Notes under the pieces: model-generated
What the model was told of the DNA's origin: nothing
Databases searched by the model: none
Seen by the model: only the letters and a program-made list of their open reading frames with translations
Assembly: GCA_018398765.1 (NCBI GenBank)
Contig: JAHBMJ010000262.1
Coordinates: 1 to 51,752, forward strand
DNA length: 51,752 bases
Reading direction: 5' to 3'
Origin: Chromera velia
Taxonomy: Eukaryota
Translations under genes and position numbers: made by a program
Shown: piece after piece, positions 26,501-39,857 of the stretch
How positions within the stretch are numbered: the first letter of the stretch is position 1
How the letters are laid out: every line of letters begins with the position of its first letter

Positions 26501-29500
26501 ACAGAGCGACGCACACATCACACGCACAACCGCCCGACGCAAACACACAGAGAGAGAAAACTGAAAGAAAGAGATTCAGAGATTTTCGGAAAGAAAATGT
26601 TCTTTCGTACATCTCAACGCGCTTTGCCGATCATAAATAATTTCAGTACATTCCACCTCGCTTCACTGCGTTCTTCCTGCCCTTCTCCGTGCAGGCTGCA
26701 GAGCTCCGCGTGCGTCTGCGGCTTCAGGAGCTTTTGGGTGTCTTCTCGAAGCACAGGGTCGCTCTGCAAGACGGCCTCCTTGGAGCTGCTGGGCCCTTTG
26801 TTCTTCAAGCAGGGGGGCCTGGATCTGTTGTGTCCTCTTGGGGGGAGTCTTCTCAGGATGGCCAGACAGAGGGAAGGGGAGGCAAGGAGGGGAAGGGCGG
26901 CAGGGGAGTGGGGGTTGAGGGGCTGGTCCCTGGGACTGGGGGGGTCCTCGGAGGCCTCTCACCGTCTCTGTCTCTGTGCCCCACTGTGATAGTGTACGTT
27001 ATTTATTTATTTGTGGTGTCTTTGCATATGATCCTTGCTGGGTCTGTGTTGCTCCTGGATATTCTTCTGAAGGACGCGAACGCTTCTCAACGTTTTTTTG
27101 CCCTCATTTTCGTTTTTTAATCTTTTCTCTAAATTGTCTGGTCCCTTCTGTCTGTACGTTGTCCGGTCGGTGAGATCACAGGAAGGAAATACGCACTTTG
27201 GCGTTTCCCGAGAGGGTGGTTCTTTGAGGAGAAAGTGAGGATGAACGGAGAACATTCTTCACCATAAATAATCAGGCGATCTCTGCTGCCCGAAAGGATT
27301 TGATTAAAACCAACTCGCCCACTGCGTTACGTTCCCATACGTGTTCTTTCTGACCTTGTCTCTCTGTCTGCATGGATGGATGCATGGATGTATGGATGGA
27401 TGTATTGACGGATTGATGCATGAATGGATAGATGGACGCATGGATGGATGGATAGATGCTTGTATTGACGGATGGATGCAGGGCTCTTATGAAGACCCTC
27501 TTGAAGACGACAGAGCCACAGAACAGAATGGAAGCCTTCAGGGATTTCCTCAAGTGGGTGAGGGGGTCTATGGGGGTGGTTGTTTGGTTTTCTTTCTTGT
27601 CGTCTCTCTGCATGAGAGAGAGGATGAGGTGCTTGATAGGTATCTGAAAAAGATTGGAAGAGAATTGTCCAAAGCAGAAAAAGATGGTGCTTCCTATGCA
27701 GTGTCCTCGGATGCTTTCCAGCTTTGTGTAGGTCCACTCTTGTTTCTGTACATGAGTCTCCCAGCAGGTGACCGCTTTTTCCCCTCCCTACAACCATTCT
27801 AGCTAGATGCTTCCCTTTCTTTGCATCATCTTTTCTTTGCACGTCCCTCTTCTCTTGTTCCGTTCTTCCATGTCTCCCCCTTAATTTCTCCCTCCACGCA
27901 GGCTCCGTGATCAGCTGCCGGTTTTCTCGGTGGCCGACGGCGTCTTCTGGAGGGTTGTTGCTCTCATGGAGGCTCCTCCTGCTCTCAGGGGGGCCCTCTG
28001 GGATCTGCAGAGAGAAGAGAAAAGGGCAGAGGAGGCTGCAAGGACTCTTCGGGAGGGGGGAAGGAGGACAGAGGGGGGAAAGAAGGCGCCGGCAGATGCC
28101 GAGGCAGACACAGAGACAGAGACTCAGGGCGAGGGGGTGCGGTGTTCTCAGCACTCTGCATGCGATCACCTCCAGATTCGTGCGATGCTCCTGGTTGCTG
28201 ACGGAAAAGGAAAAGCGCAAAGTGCGGAGGAGCAAGGGGCGGAGGAAGAGGGGAAGGCAGAGGGAGACGAGGTTCCAGATAATGACGTTGTCACTTGTGA
28301 GGAATGGCGAACCGACATCGAGGGGTCAGCTGCCTGCCTGCCTGCCTCTTCTCTTTCCTGGCTGTCTTTCGTCTGCAGCGTCTTTTGGCCTCCTTCCATC
28401 CTTCCACGCAAGCCTTTCCACACCATAGAAAGGGAAGGAGTTCATGTCGTTTGTCTTGTCTGTCATGGAGGAAGGACAGCTTCCCGCAGATCTCTGTCTG
28501 CGGGAGAGAGAGCCGGCAATTCCAGAGACGGCAGACATCTCTTCCGTTTTCTTTTGCTTTTGAGTGTCTATTTACAAGCCTTCCTTCCTTCCCGTCTTCC
28601 CGCCTGCCTGCAGACATCTGGGGGAACTCTTTTCGCTTCTCGGGTCTGAAGAGGAAAGGTGAGCGACTCTATTGTCTATTTGCGGAATGACGTGGAAAAG
28701 AATGAATTACTGCTTTTTGAAGGCATGAGTCTTGCATTGGTCGGGTTTTCTCTCAAAGTTGGCATGCAGAGTTTCTTTCGCCTCTCGTCGCTGCCGCGTT
28801 CTATCTGCTCTTGAAGTAGGTCCTTCCTTGTGCTTGTCGGGGGGCCTTCTCTTCCAAGGCGCGCGCCGCATGCAGACTCACCGTATTGGTGCACGGGAGT
28901 GTATAGGTGCATATGTGTGTGTGGGGGGGTGCAGATGCGGTGCCGCTGCTAAGGTCGTCGCGAGGGCCTGTGCAACTATTGACGTTGTCGCTGTGGAGCT
29001 GGATGAAGAAGACATAGGGTTGGAGGAAGAAGAGAAGACGGAGAGGGACAACTCCTCTCTCCTTTCGTTTTTTTCAAGAAGATCCGCAGCTGTGCGGGAA
29101 GCATCGCTTTTGCCTGAAGATGCCGACAGAAGAGAGATGGCAAAGGCACGAAGCAGGGCAGCTGTCTGCACTGCTTTGGCAGTCCTCAGAGAGCTTCGCT
29201 CAGGTTCCTCATCTTTCTCTCTCCATTACCCATTCGCCCTCTACCCACCCTCTAGAACCGCCACCGGTGTTTCTGGATCCATCCCAGGCTCTCTTTTCTC
29301 ACCTGCCCCCTCTCACACCGGTCAGAGCGATGCCAAAAAGAGCCCTCTTCTCTCTCCGCAAAGCACATTCCCCCTTCCTTTGCCGCCAGGAAGCGAAGAG
29401 GAGACTGATGTTGGAGAAATGGGTGGAGGGAACTGGAGAGAGAGAGGAGAGCCGTCTCCACAGAGCCCCTGGATATCCGAAGCAACGTACCGCCTCCTCA

Positions 29501-31539
29501 CTCGCACACTAGGGCTCCAGGAGGATCTAGGGATGTACACAGGGGTGAGTGTGCTTTCTGGTGCACCTCCTGGGTGGGACGGTGGAGAGGAGGATGGACA
29601 GGAGGATCATGAAGGTCTTTTCTGTCCTTTTGAGGAGGGGACAGAGGGGGTCTGTGGAAACTGCCTGGGCCCTGACTGGTCCCTTGGGGAATGCCTGGGC
29701 CCTGTCTCTTCGGAGCCCTCTGCTGCCTCTGCGTTCAAAACCCCCTCACCCCTTCCACCTCCGTCTCGTGGTACGACAGCCTCCAAAGAAATCGCGGAGA
29801 AGGGGGAAGCTGCGGAAGGCAAAGAAGAGGAAGAGAAAGGGCGGAAAGAGGAGGAGGAACAAAAAGGGGGGCAGGGAGAGAGAGGTTGTTTGGAGAAATT
29901 CAACCTTGCTTCTGCCCAAATGGCTGCCCGGATGTCAGGATCATCACTCGAATGTTCCGCAGGCAGCAGAGATCTTCTTGTGTTCTCTCCCAACAGAGAC
30001 GCAACATCGCCTACCGATTCCTCCCTCTTCTCCCTGTTTACCCCTCAGACGGGGATTTCTGGGGACATTCGAATTTTTCCTTCCACCTCCTGCAGCAGCA
30101 GTTGGGATGAGAAGGGGAAAAGGGGCTCTGAGCAGACAGGCCCTCCACCTCCAAAAGGAAAACAACAGAAGAGCACACAGATGGTCTTTGAGGATCTGGT
30201 CGCACGGGTCATCGTCAGTCTAGTTTGCCCTGCTCTCTTTGTTTGTAGTCCTCCTCCATCTCTACCGACTTGCGTCTCCCATCCTGCCCTTTTCCTCCCG
30301 CATCGTTTCTTCTGGCTCTGATTGAAGAGATCGTCAAGGCTTTAATTAATGCTCCAAGCAGAACACATTCTTGCAAGTGGAACACACTTTCAGCATTTAA
30401 ATGCGGTCGTCATCTGCCTCTTCTCTCTCTCTCTCTGTGTGTGTGTGTGTGGTTGTTTGGAAACTCGGGTCGCTTTCTCTCTTCCTTCCCCCAGCCCTTC
30501 GTTCTGTCTCTGCTTCACTTTTTGTCATTGCTTTCATGTGGAAGCGTATCGGTGCGTGTGTGTGTCTGTGTCTGTGTATCGGTCCACGCATGGGTGAATG
30601 AGGTTGCAGACACGGAGGTGCCAAGCACCAGGTGAGGGAGAAGAATCTGCAAACGCCTCTCAGAGGAAGAAGGATGGGCAGCAGAAGGGAGGAAAGAATC
30701 GAGAGGGGGGAGGATCGGGCGGTTTCCTTGCGGGCAGAGGGCCCATCTGCCTGTCTCTATCGACAGAGAACGAAAACGTCTCAGGAGGCAATCGAAGTGG
30801 GGATGTCCCCGCAAAAAGCTCTTCGTCTCCGGGGAAACAGAAGGGGGGGGCACCTGTTTCTCTGGCCATGGCAGGTCTTCTTTTGGCTCTGTCGAATCTG
30901 GGGGGGCTGTTCGGCATTCAGAGGGAGGAGGCGCGTGCAGTCGTGCAGAGGCAGGTGCTGAGGCAGTTGGCAGAGAGGGCGGGGAGATCGTCACTTCAGC
31001 GTGACGGTGGGTAGGGCAGTGAGTAGCTGACTTTTGTTTCCGTGCGTCGATTTTGTTTCTTCCCGTGGATGTGGGAATGAGAAAGAGAACGAGACGTTCT
31101 GATTTTTTCGCTCTGTTGAGTAATTCTCTTCGTTTTCTTCTTTTCTTTCTTTCGTTCTTTTTTTTTTCTGACAGACAACATGTACATACACACTCAGACA
31201 TTCACAGACAAAGAGAGAGAGAGAGTTATGGAACAGGCCAGTGATAGAGATTTTAGTGTTTCGCGTTGTGTGGAGAGGTTCCTTCATGACGAAGACCTTA
31301 CCAAAGAGAGAGTCATTTCTTGCTTATATTTTCTTCTCTTCTCTCCGCACATCTTTCCCTCAGGTGACGCTCGGGATGGGGAGCTCTCTGCGGGTTCCTC
31401 TTCCTCTTCTTCTTCTGGCATGAGGGAGGATGGGTCGGAGGAGGCAGAAGCCCTAGAGGCACTCCGAGCGGAAATGGAAAAGAACACCTCGCCCTCCACA
31501 TTCACGGCCTCCCAGCTGGTCCGTCAGATCGATCCTTTC

Positions 31540-31609
<70 letters not shown>

Positions 31610-34600
31610 AGTGCATGTGTGCGGGTGCGTGCGTAAGAGTGAGTTTCTGATTCGCGGCCGGTTTCCATTTCTTTTGGGGGTTTCAAGTGATGACAGACGC
31701 CATTTTTTTTTGTATTCCTTTCTTTGTTCAGACGGCTTTTTTTCTTTCGGATTTGGCCCCTTGACGTTCGGGGCCCGGTGAATTGGGAAGACAATAACGA
31801 ATCGACTTTTATGGCAAGTCCATTCTCTCCGTCTGTGTGCAGTTGTTGATGGCGCAACGGCAGATCCTTTCCCTGTGCCGTCCTAAGAACGCGTCCGGGG
31901 CACATGGGCGGTCTGATCTCTCTGGGGGATGGGGGTACACGTCGGGGGGAGACGGTGGATCGTCTGAGCTTTCGTTCTGCTTCTCTTTGCTGCACTGTAT
32001 TGAACTCCTTTACCTGGGCGTGAGGTACTGTCTGCCTTCCGCGCTGCCCAGAGCGGTCAGTCTGGTGTCTGAGGTTTTTTGGGCCCTGCGGTTGATGGCG
32101 TTGGGGTCGGATGTGTCCTTCCGCATGGGGATGCTCGAAAAGTGGTCTCAGGGCTTGGTGGATCGTCGTGAGAAGGAGAAGGGGAAGAGACTCTCTTCTC
32201 CTGCAGTGTGGACGGTCCTAGTCAGTCTCCGCGACTGGGCCTCCATCGACAGTAGTCGGAAGGGTGTGGGGCGTGTGTGTCGTTCGTTTGTGTCTGTGGA
32301 GAGTCTGGCGAGACGTCTGTTCCGAGGAAGGATTCGAGACGAGCCTGTTCTCTTGGGAGGCAGGGAGGCTGCGTATCTCGCGTCCTCTGTCCTGCGGGGG
32401 GCTGAGGGGTGTCGAGTGGTGGGACTCGATCCTGGTCGGTCGGTCTGTCTGTCGGTCGGGTTAATTCTTGTTTTTTGGACCCATGGTTTGGTACCAACAC
32501 ATTGCAGTGAAGATTGGAGCCTTATCATCGATTAAAAGCGAGTGAGAAAGGACAAAATTTTCGTTTTGTCTCCCTCTTTACCCTCAACGCAAACTACTTT
32601 TGACAGGAGAGCGGAGGGGAAAAGAATGAACGAAGAGGAGTTGAGGGACTTGGCAGGAAGCCCGAAAGAGAATGTGAAAGGAAAAGGGCCTGGCACACTT
32701 CTGAGCCTGGAATTTGACTCTCTGTATGTCTTTCCGTGCTTCTCTCTTCGGCGCTCGTGCAGGATTCGCTGTAGCCTGCAGGCTGAACGGAACCGAAAAG
32801 TCTCTCACGAGTCTGCGGAACGTCGTTGAGGTGAGTTGTTCCACCGACAGAGGAAGACAACTGAGGGAATGCAGTTCCCTTCCTTCGAGCAGAGCTGCCT
32901 GCTCCCGGTCCCCGTATTCTTTCTCTCTCTGCTCTCTGCTCTAATCAAACATCTGAGTTTCCTCTTTTTTTTGTATTTAAGGTCACTCTTCAGGACACTG
33001 CAATACAGACTCGACTGATTTTATTCTCACCATTTTGCTGTTTTTTTTGCACAGGTGGTGTGTGTTTCTGTGATTGTCAATGTGTTCATCCAAATGTGTT
33101 TTGTTTGTTTGTTTGTTGTTTGCAGAGCGCGTCGAAGACCCTTCTCCGGTTCAACGCTCTGCTGGCGGTTGTCGGTCTGAACTCTCTCCTCCCTGCGGCT
33201 GTGGACTCCGAATCGCTCTCCGTTGTGCACAAACAGGTGAGGATCCTGGTGGGGGGGATTGGAGAGGGGTTCATGTGAGGGGCATCGGAAACTACATTCC
33301 TCGGAAAAGGGGGGTGAGGGTAACATGTTGCTTCTTCCTCATGATCATCTGTAAAGTGACGAAGAGAGACCCTCTGCTATGGCTGTGCACAAGAGAGAAT
33401 TGCGCTCGGTCAGTCTTTCTTTTTGTTTCCCTTCCACGTTTTCTTTCCTCGCATCTCTGCTGGATTATCTCCCCCGTCCCTCCATTTGTTCCTTCCTCTG
33501 TTGACGCTCGAGCCGAAAAACTTCCTCCCCTGCCTGCAGGCCTCTGCGCGTGTGTTGACGATGGAAGCCTCTCTGGACTGCCCTCTCTTTCTCGCCCTCT
33601 CGGCTGGGCTGCGGGTGGGCACTACTTTCTCTCTGTTCATGGAGGCGTATGGGCGGTGTGCAGGGGCAGGGGGGGGCAGTGAGGGAAGTGGAGGAGACGG
33701 GAAAGAAAGCAACAGGGGGCTTGGGTTTTCTTTCCCGGGGGCCTTCTCGTCTTCAGTCCAGGCAGGAGGATTGTCTGCATCTGCTGATCTGTCGGTGGCT
33801 GGCACATCTGCTGTCGACCATCGGCAGACACAGAGACTGACAAGGTTGGGTATGGTGTTGTCTCGATTTTGGAAAGCAGGGAAGTCTCTGCAGAAGATGG
33901 AGAGGTACCATGCAGCCTCCAGGTGGAGCTCCTTGATGAGTGCCTTGGGGATTCCTGTTGATCACAACAGACTGACCAAGGCTGGCGGGCAGAGAGAATC
34001 TGATGGGGCAGATGGGGGGGGACGGGGTGATGAGAAGGCGGGTGCAGGAGGGGCAGGCGGCCCCCAGAGTGACAGCTACCCGTCTCTGCTTCTCCCCTTG
34101 TTGCTCCGTCTTTCTCATCACGATCTTCACACAGCTCTGCTTTTTGGTCGTGACTTCGGTCTCTCCTCTGAAACCGTTCTGGCTGAATGGACCCACACGT
34201 TCGTTTTGTGTCCTTCAATAGACCCCTCCCTCTCCCGCCAAGAGGCCCTTGGGATTCTCGACGCAGACGGAGAATCTGTGGAGTCAAAAAGAGGCTACTC
34301 GCGTGTTGGTGTGTGCCCTGTGAACTCCCGGTACAGCAGAGAGATTGCTGCAGTGTTGCGGTCCCTCTCTTTTCAAACCGCAGCGAGGGGCCCAGAGGGC
34401 CCAGGCACGAATGCCGGGGCCCTGTCGACAGTTGCGGATTCTCTGGTATCACGTACCTGGCCGTGTGTCTCATCGTACGACTTCGAGCGCTTGACCTTCC
34501 TCCTTGAATGTGTGCCTGCAAGAAAACTCCATGCTGCCGCAAAACAAAAGAGCGGCATCGGATTTGGCTCGGAAGACTTGAGAACGCGGTTAGAAAAGGC

Positions 34601-37600
34601 AGCAGCTTACGTGAGAGTGAGCCCGTTGACAGAAAGAGAAGCGACCAGGGCTCTGGGGTCTCCGGTGTTTGCAGACGATTTGGTCAAGCAGGTCAGTCCA
34701 TCTGTCTGCCTGCCAGGCAGGAAGAAGAAACACACGGGGATGGACAGAGAGAGTGTGAGAGACTGGAATTGACCTCTGAACTCTCTTCGCTCCTCCTTTC
34801 TTTTTCTTTGTCTTTATGATTTTCCCCAATATCTTCCACTTTTCCCTCTCCTCCTCTCCAGTTTTTTCCTTGCACCCGTTTGTCGCATATCTTTGTTCTC
34901 TGAAGTTTTCCTGAGTACGTGGGGGCGTTTCAAGGGAAAATGACAGACACCTCAGCGAAGCGCCCTCACACTGTTTGTTGTCTTGTCCTAAATTTGCCCG
35001 ACTGACGCTTTTTTGTTTTCATTCGCCCTGCTTGCAGATTTATTTGCGACTCGCGCGACTGCGGCTCCCCTTCGACCAGCTGAACAGCAACGCGTGGGAC
35101 CTCCTGTGCTGTGAAGCCAAGAGCCACGCGGACAAAATCCTGGTCCCCCCAGCCTTCAGAGACCTTAACAGCCTGATCACGGCAGCGCTGGAGTGCCCTG
35201 AGTACCGACCGGCCTCTCCAGATCTTGGGGCTCTGGTAGGAGGCCGGAGGGGGATGGGAGGCAGCTGCAGGGGAAGTGGTGGTCATCACGGTGGAGCGCT
35301 ATCTCCCGTGCCCCCGCAGGGCGTGGGTTCGTCTTGTGTGGGTGTGAGTGGGGGAGGTGAAGGGAGAGAGGATAGGTCAGCAGGGGATGGTGGCAGGGAC
35401 TCTCCAGTTGAGGTGACGCTGTTTGAGTTGGCCGCCGCGTTCCGAGTGAGTGCAGAGGACCTGATCGTCAGGGTGACGGACGAGTTGGGGGACCTCCAGG
35501 AGAGTCTCTGTGCGGGATTCGAGAGCGATCCTGTGAGGGATTTTGCGTCTGAATGGGAGCGCACACGCAGAGTGGTAGAGAGGGCTCGTGGGAGAGTGAA
35601 GGGGGGCGTGGAGGACGGAGAGGCGACGATGCGAGTGATGTCGATGTTATCAACTGGAGAGAGGGAGAGTCTGGAATCGTCTCTGGTCAGATTCCGTGCG
35701 CACTACGCGGCTTCGGCGTGTCCGTCTGCTGTGGAGCGGTTGCTGAAGGTAGTCAGCAGTCGGGATGCAGCCGTGAGGATCGCATGGCGTTCTTTGAGGC
35801 GGCTGCTGTTGCTGACGGAGGCGAAGATGATGCTCGCACGCACTGCGGAAAGTCTGGACACTCAGGTCACTCATTCAGTCGGGGATATTTGCGCTGAAAC
35901 CGCGCTTCCCTGTTGTTTTTTTTCTTTGGGAGGATATGAGCAACAATCAAGTTCACACGTCACTCAAGACAATGTCGATACACTGCTTTGCGTCAGTGTT
36001 TGCTGATCCACTGTCTTGCCTCATGTCCGTCAAAGTGGAATGACTGTTGCATTACGCAGTGCTCTTTTGGTCCCTCCTTTTGATCGCCCTTTGAAATGCA
36101 ACTCTCGCGCCGTGTTCTTGTCTTTCGATTCCTTTTTCGTCCTCTCCTTTGGATTCTTCTTTCTTTCTCTTCTCGCCTGCAGGCCTCATCTACTCTCTCC
36201 GGCAGCAGAGGTCCCAAGAGGGAGTTGGTAGAGTTGCAGTCTTTGTGGGAATTGGAGCGTTTGGGTCTCGGGGTGTTCTCTTCTCTCCTGCGTCGGAACG
36301 TGAAGGTGGCCTGCCAGGCGCTCTACTTCTACCTCACCCCCCTGGTGCTCCATCCAGACCCCTACAGCTTCGCGTCGGAGGAACAGAGGGTCGCGTGGAC
36401 CCGTCTCTCAGGGGAAGAGAACGGAGGGGGGGGGCTGCACGAGCTGGTTGATAACCTCTGTACCTGGAACAGAGGAGGGGAGAGCCCAGACGACGCAGAC
36501 GAACTCCGAAGAGAGCTGCTTGAGTTCCTTCTGTTGGACCCTGAATGGACCCCCCTCACGGCTGCGTTGGCGTTAGAGAACAGCCAGAAGCTGGCAGAAC
36601 GGCCTGATGGGAATGGGAGGCGAGGGGGGGATATGTCGGGGTTGAAGAAAGGAGGAGGTAAGGGAGGAAAAGGAGCCGGAGCTTGTAGGGGTACTGGGGG
36701 GGATGATGAGGATGGCGGTCTTCTGTTGTCCGAGCTGTTGCTGATCCTCTGTCAGTCCGAGCTAATCAATGCCCCTCTGACTGCCGCCGAGAAAAGAGCC
36801 GTCTCCCTCAGTCGGGCTCTAGGGTCTCTCTCCTCCCAGATACAGCAGCAGCAGCAGGGACAGGCTGCGGAATGGGGGGGACTTGGAAAGAAAGGGCAGC
36901 CGCCTGGGGCTGGAGGGAAGGGAAGCAGTAAAGCCTCCCCCTGGGCCAGTACTGGTCTCACAGGCAATGAGAAGGGGGGACTCGGCCGTCCGAAGTGGAA
37001 GGAGGGGATGGAGCTGCCGAGCTCTGAAGCAGTGAGTTCGCTGTCGCGGCCACGAAGGGGTGAGGTGGAGCGTGTGGGCAGTGATGACGGTAGCGATGCA
37101 GGAGGAGAGATGTCAGACAGATGGATGGCGGAGACGGGAGACGGTTGGGGGGGAGAAGAAGATTCGTACCCCTTTTCCCATTCCACCGCAGCTGCCCGTC
37201 TTTTCCTCCAAACACGGGAGGACCTCTCTGCCACTGCCCGATGTGCATTCCTCACAGAGGGCCTTGCAGACAGAGAGGATGGTTCGATCAGGGATCCCAT
37301 TGCTTGGCTGACCCACTTCGCTTTCTCAACTAGGCGCCCTCAGAGGACAGACCAGCCACAGGCTGCCCCTTCTGCCTCGTCTGCCCGGAGAGGCCCCGGC
37401 CCATCAGGCAGCAGCAGTAGCAGCAGCAGTAGCAGTAGCAGTAGCAGTAGCAGCAGTCAACACGAACAGATGGACGAGATGTGCGTGAGTGATGAGACTG
37501 TGAATCTGACGGCAAGTCTTCAGCTGTCTTCGGTGAATGTGCCAGCAAGATGTAGAGCTCTGGCCGTTTTGTTCCGTCTCGCACGTGCTCACAATCTCTG

Positions 37601-39812
37601 TGAAGGAGAACTGAGGGACAGTTGTTTGCTGCACGTAGCCTTGTCTGTCTTCCCTCCCGCCCTCCAAGCAAACCTCCCGCGAATGTCCCGAACATCAACC
37701 CTGCTCCAGCATCTGTGGGTGTGCTCTCTGTACGTGCACGCTCTCAGCAGCCTTAGCATAGGTCTCCCTGCTGACCTGACTTCTTTCCAGATGGCCCCGA
37801 AAAGCGCACTTGTGCAGAGTCTCCTGCAGGCCCACCACCGTCTGGTCCGATCAGAGGCCATTCAGTCAGGAGGGGGGGGAGAGGCATCGGGTGTCCGTGG
37901 GAGAGAGGGGAAGCACAGAGACGTAGACCACCATGGGGGGCGTGCACTAGGCAGTTGGGGAGACTCTAGTTCCGGTCTCGACAGGGAGAGAGGGGGCAGT
38001 GGAGAGGGGGATCAACAGACACTGCAGCAACAGAGGGTGTCGAAGAGTCTCCAAGCACTCCACATTGCAGCCGCTCTGGTGGTTGACTTCTCCATAGGAG
38101 ATCCGAATCTTCTCTGTCAGCTTCTCACGGCTTTTGTGTGTGTGAGTGGGGGAGGGAAGGGATTGTCGTTATCCGGAGACGAGGCACGTGCTACGTCTCT
38201 GTCGGCGGCCTCTTTGGAATCTCCAGTTGATACTGTCGAGGGGGTGAGGGGGAAGCATGAGGGGGGATTGCGAATGGTGTCCAGCACAGCAGACATGAGG
38301 GATGCCCAACGGAGTCTGAGTGCATTCCTCCGGATGCTCTCCATGAAGGGGCTCTTGGTTGCTGCTCTGTCTGTTGAGCTCCCCGACCCAAGCTTGCAGT
38401 CTGCCGTCTCTTCTTTCAGAGGGGCGATGGGGGGTGGCACAGAAGACGGCAACGCAAATAGCCGCAGCCTCATAGCAGCAGAGCGAAGGAGAAAAGGCTC
38501 TCCGCTTCTGTCTGCTCTCCAGGTGGCTGTAATGATCCCTTGCAGTGCCCTCTGTACGCTTGTCGAGAAGTGGGGCTCTCGTGTGTCTGATTTGATCTCC
38601 TCTCTTGTAGAGGAATTCGCAGCAGCAGGAGACCGAGAAGGCCTTTCCTTGTCCGACATGCGTGGCCGGGGTTGGTGGGAGTCAGGAGGGGGGGATGTTG
38701 GGAAGGGGAGCTCGATGGAGGTCGTCAGGTGTGCAACTGCATTGGCGGGTATTCCGCAATTGCTCTGGCACCTCTTCCGTTACCCCTGCGGCCCCACTGC
38801 ATTTTCGGGTGCGTCTGCTGAGGTGGCTGCAGGGTTTGTGCTGCCGTTGCTGGAACCTCTTGAGTCTCTGTGCCGCCTCGCACTCAGCTTGCGAGTGCAG
38901 CACCGAGAATTCCGAAGAGATGAACCGAAGGAGGGGGGGAGAGGAAACTGGACTGCTCGGTTGAAAGTATTGGAATCTGAAGCCTTCCGTTTGCTCTCTC
39001 TGTGGGGAGAGGACACAGCAAGGAAGGGGGGGAAGGACGTGATTTGGGAGGGCCCAGCGGGGATTCGTGAACTGAGTACCCTTTTGTCTGCCGTCTCCGC
39101 CCGTGTCTGCCTCTCTCTTCTGTCCCTGCTGCTTGCTACATCATCTCCTTTCCCAGCCGTAACGCACACACCCACACAGTCATCCCGACAGGAAGAGGCA
39201 AACATCGGAGGAACCCAACAACAACAAAAGCCTGTCGCTCGCCTGGTGTTGGAGCGAATGGCAAAAGAGCACCCCGCCGCTCTCTCAGTTCTCTTTGCAT
39301 CTGCCTGCGCGGCTTTTGCTTCCTCCTCCTCGTCTTCCCAATCAGGTAGGACCGCGTCCACCTCCTCGCAATGGGGGGGACTCTCAAAGAGTAGCAGCGG
39401 GGGCGAGGCAAGCCAAGGTCATGCCGCAGTCCCACACCGCGTTGAGACGACGAAGGGACAGGGCCCTTCCGCGTCGCCCTCTTCCTCTTCCCCTCAACTT
39501 GACGAGATCCTGAATTGCATTGGAACGGTGAGTCGATCGTCAGGGAGGGGGNGGGGGGGGGGGGGGGATGCTTTGGCTCCTTCTCTTTCGGCTTGTCTGT
39601 CTGTCTGTTTTGTCTTTTCACCTGTCTGTCTGTCTGTTTTGTCTTTTCACCTGTCTGTCTGTCTGTTCAGGCCACTGTTGATCGAGGCGAAGGAGATGGG
39701 AGGAGGAAAATGAGATGAAAGAAAGAAGAGTTTCCCTGTTGTTGCTTGTCTCTTGCGTCCTTCAAATCGGCTTCTGGCCTCCATTCCATCTCTCCCTCCC
39801 TCCCTCCCCCCC

Positions 39813-39857
<45 letters not shown>

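Noticed and set aside
39545..39567. G-run containing an N, as a possible G-quadruplex or frameshift
   Set aside because: Intronic homopolymer with an assembly ambiguity, so it is unreliable.
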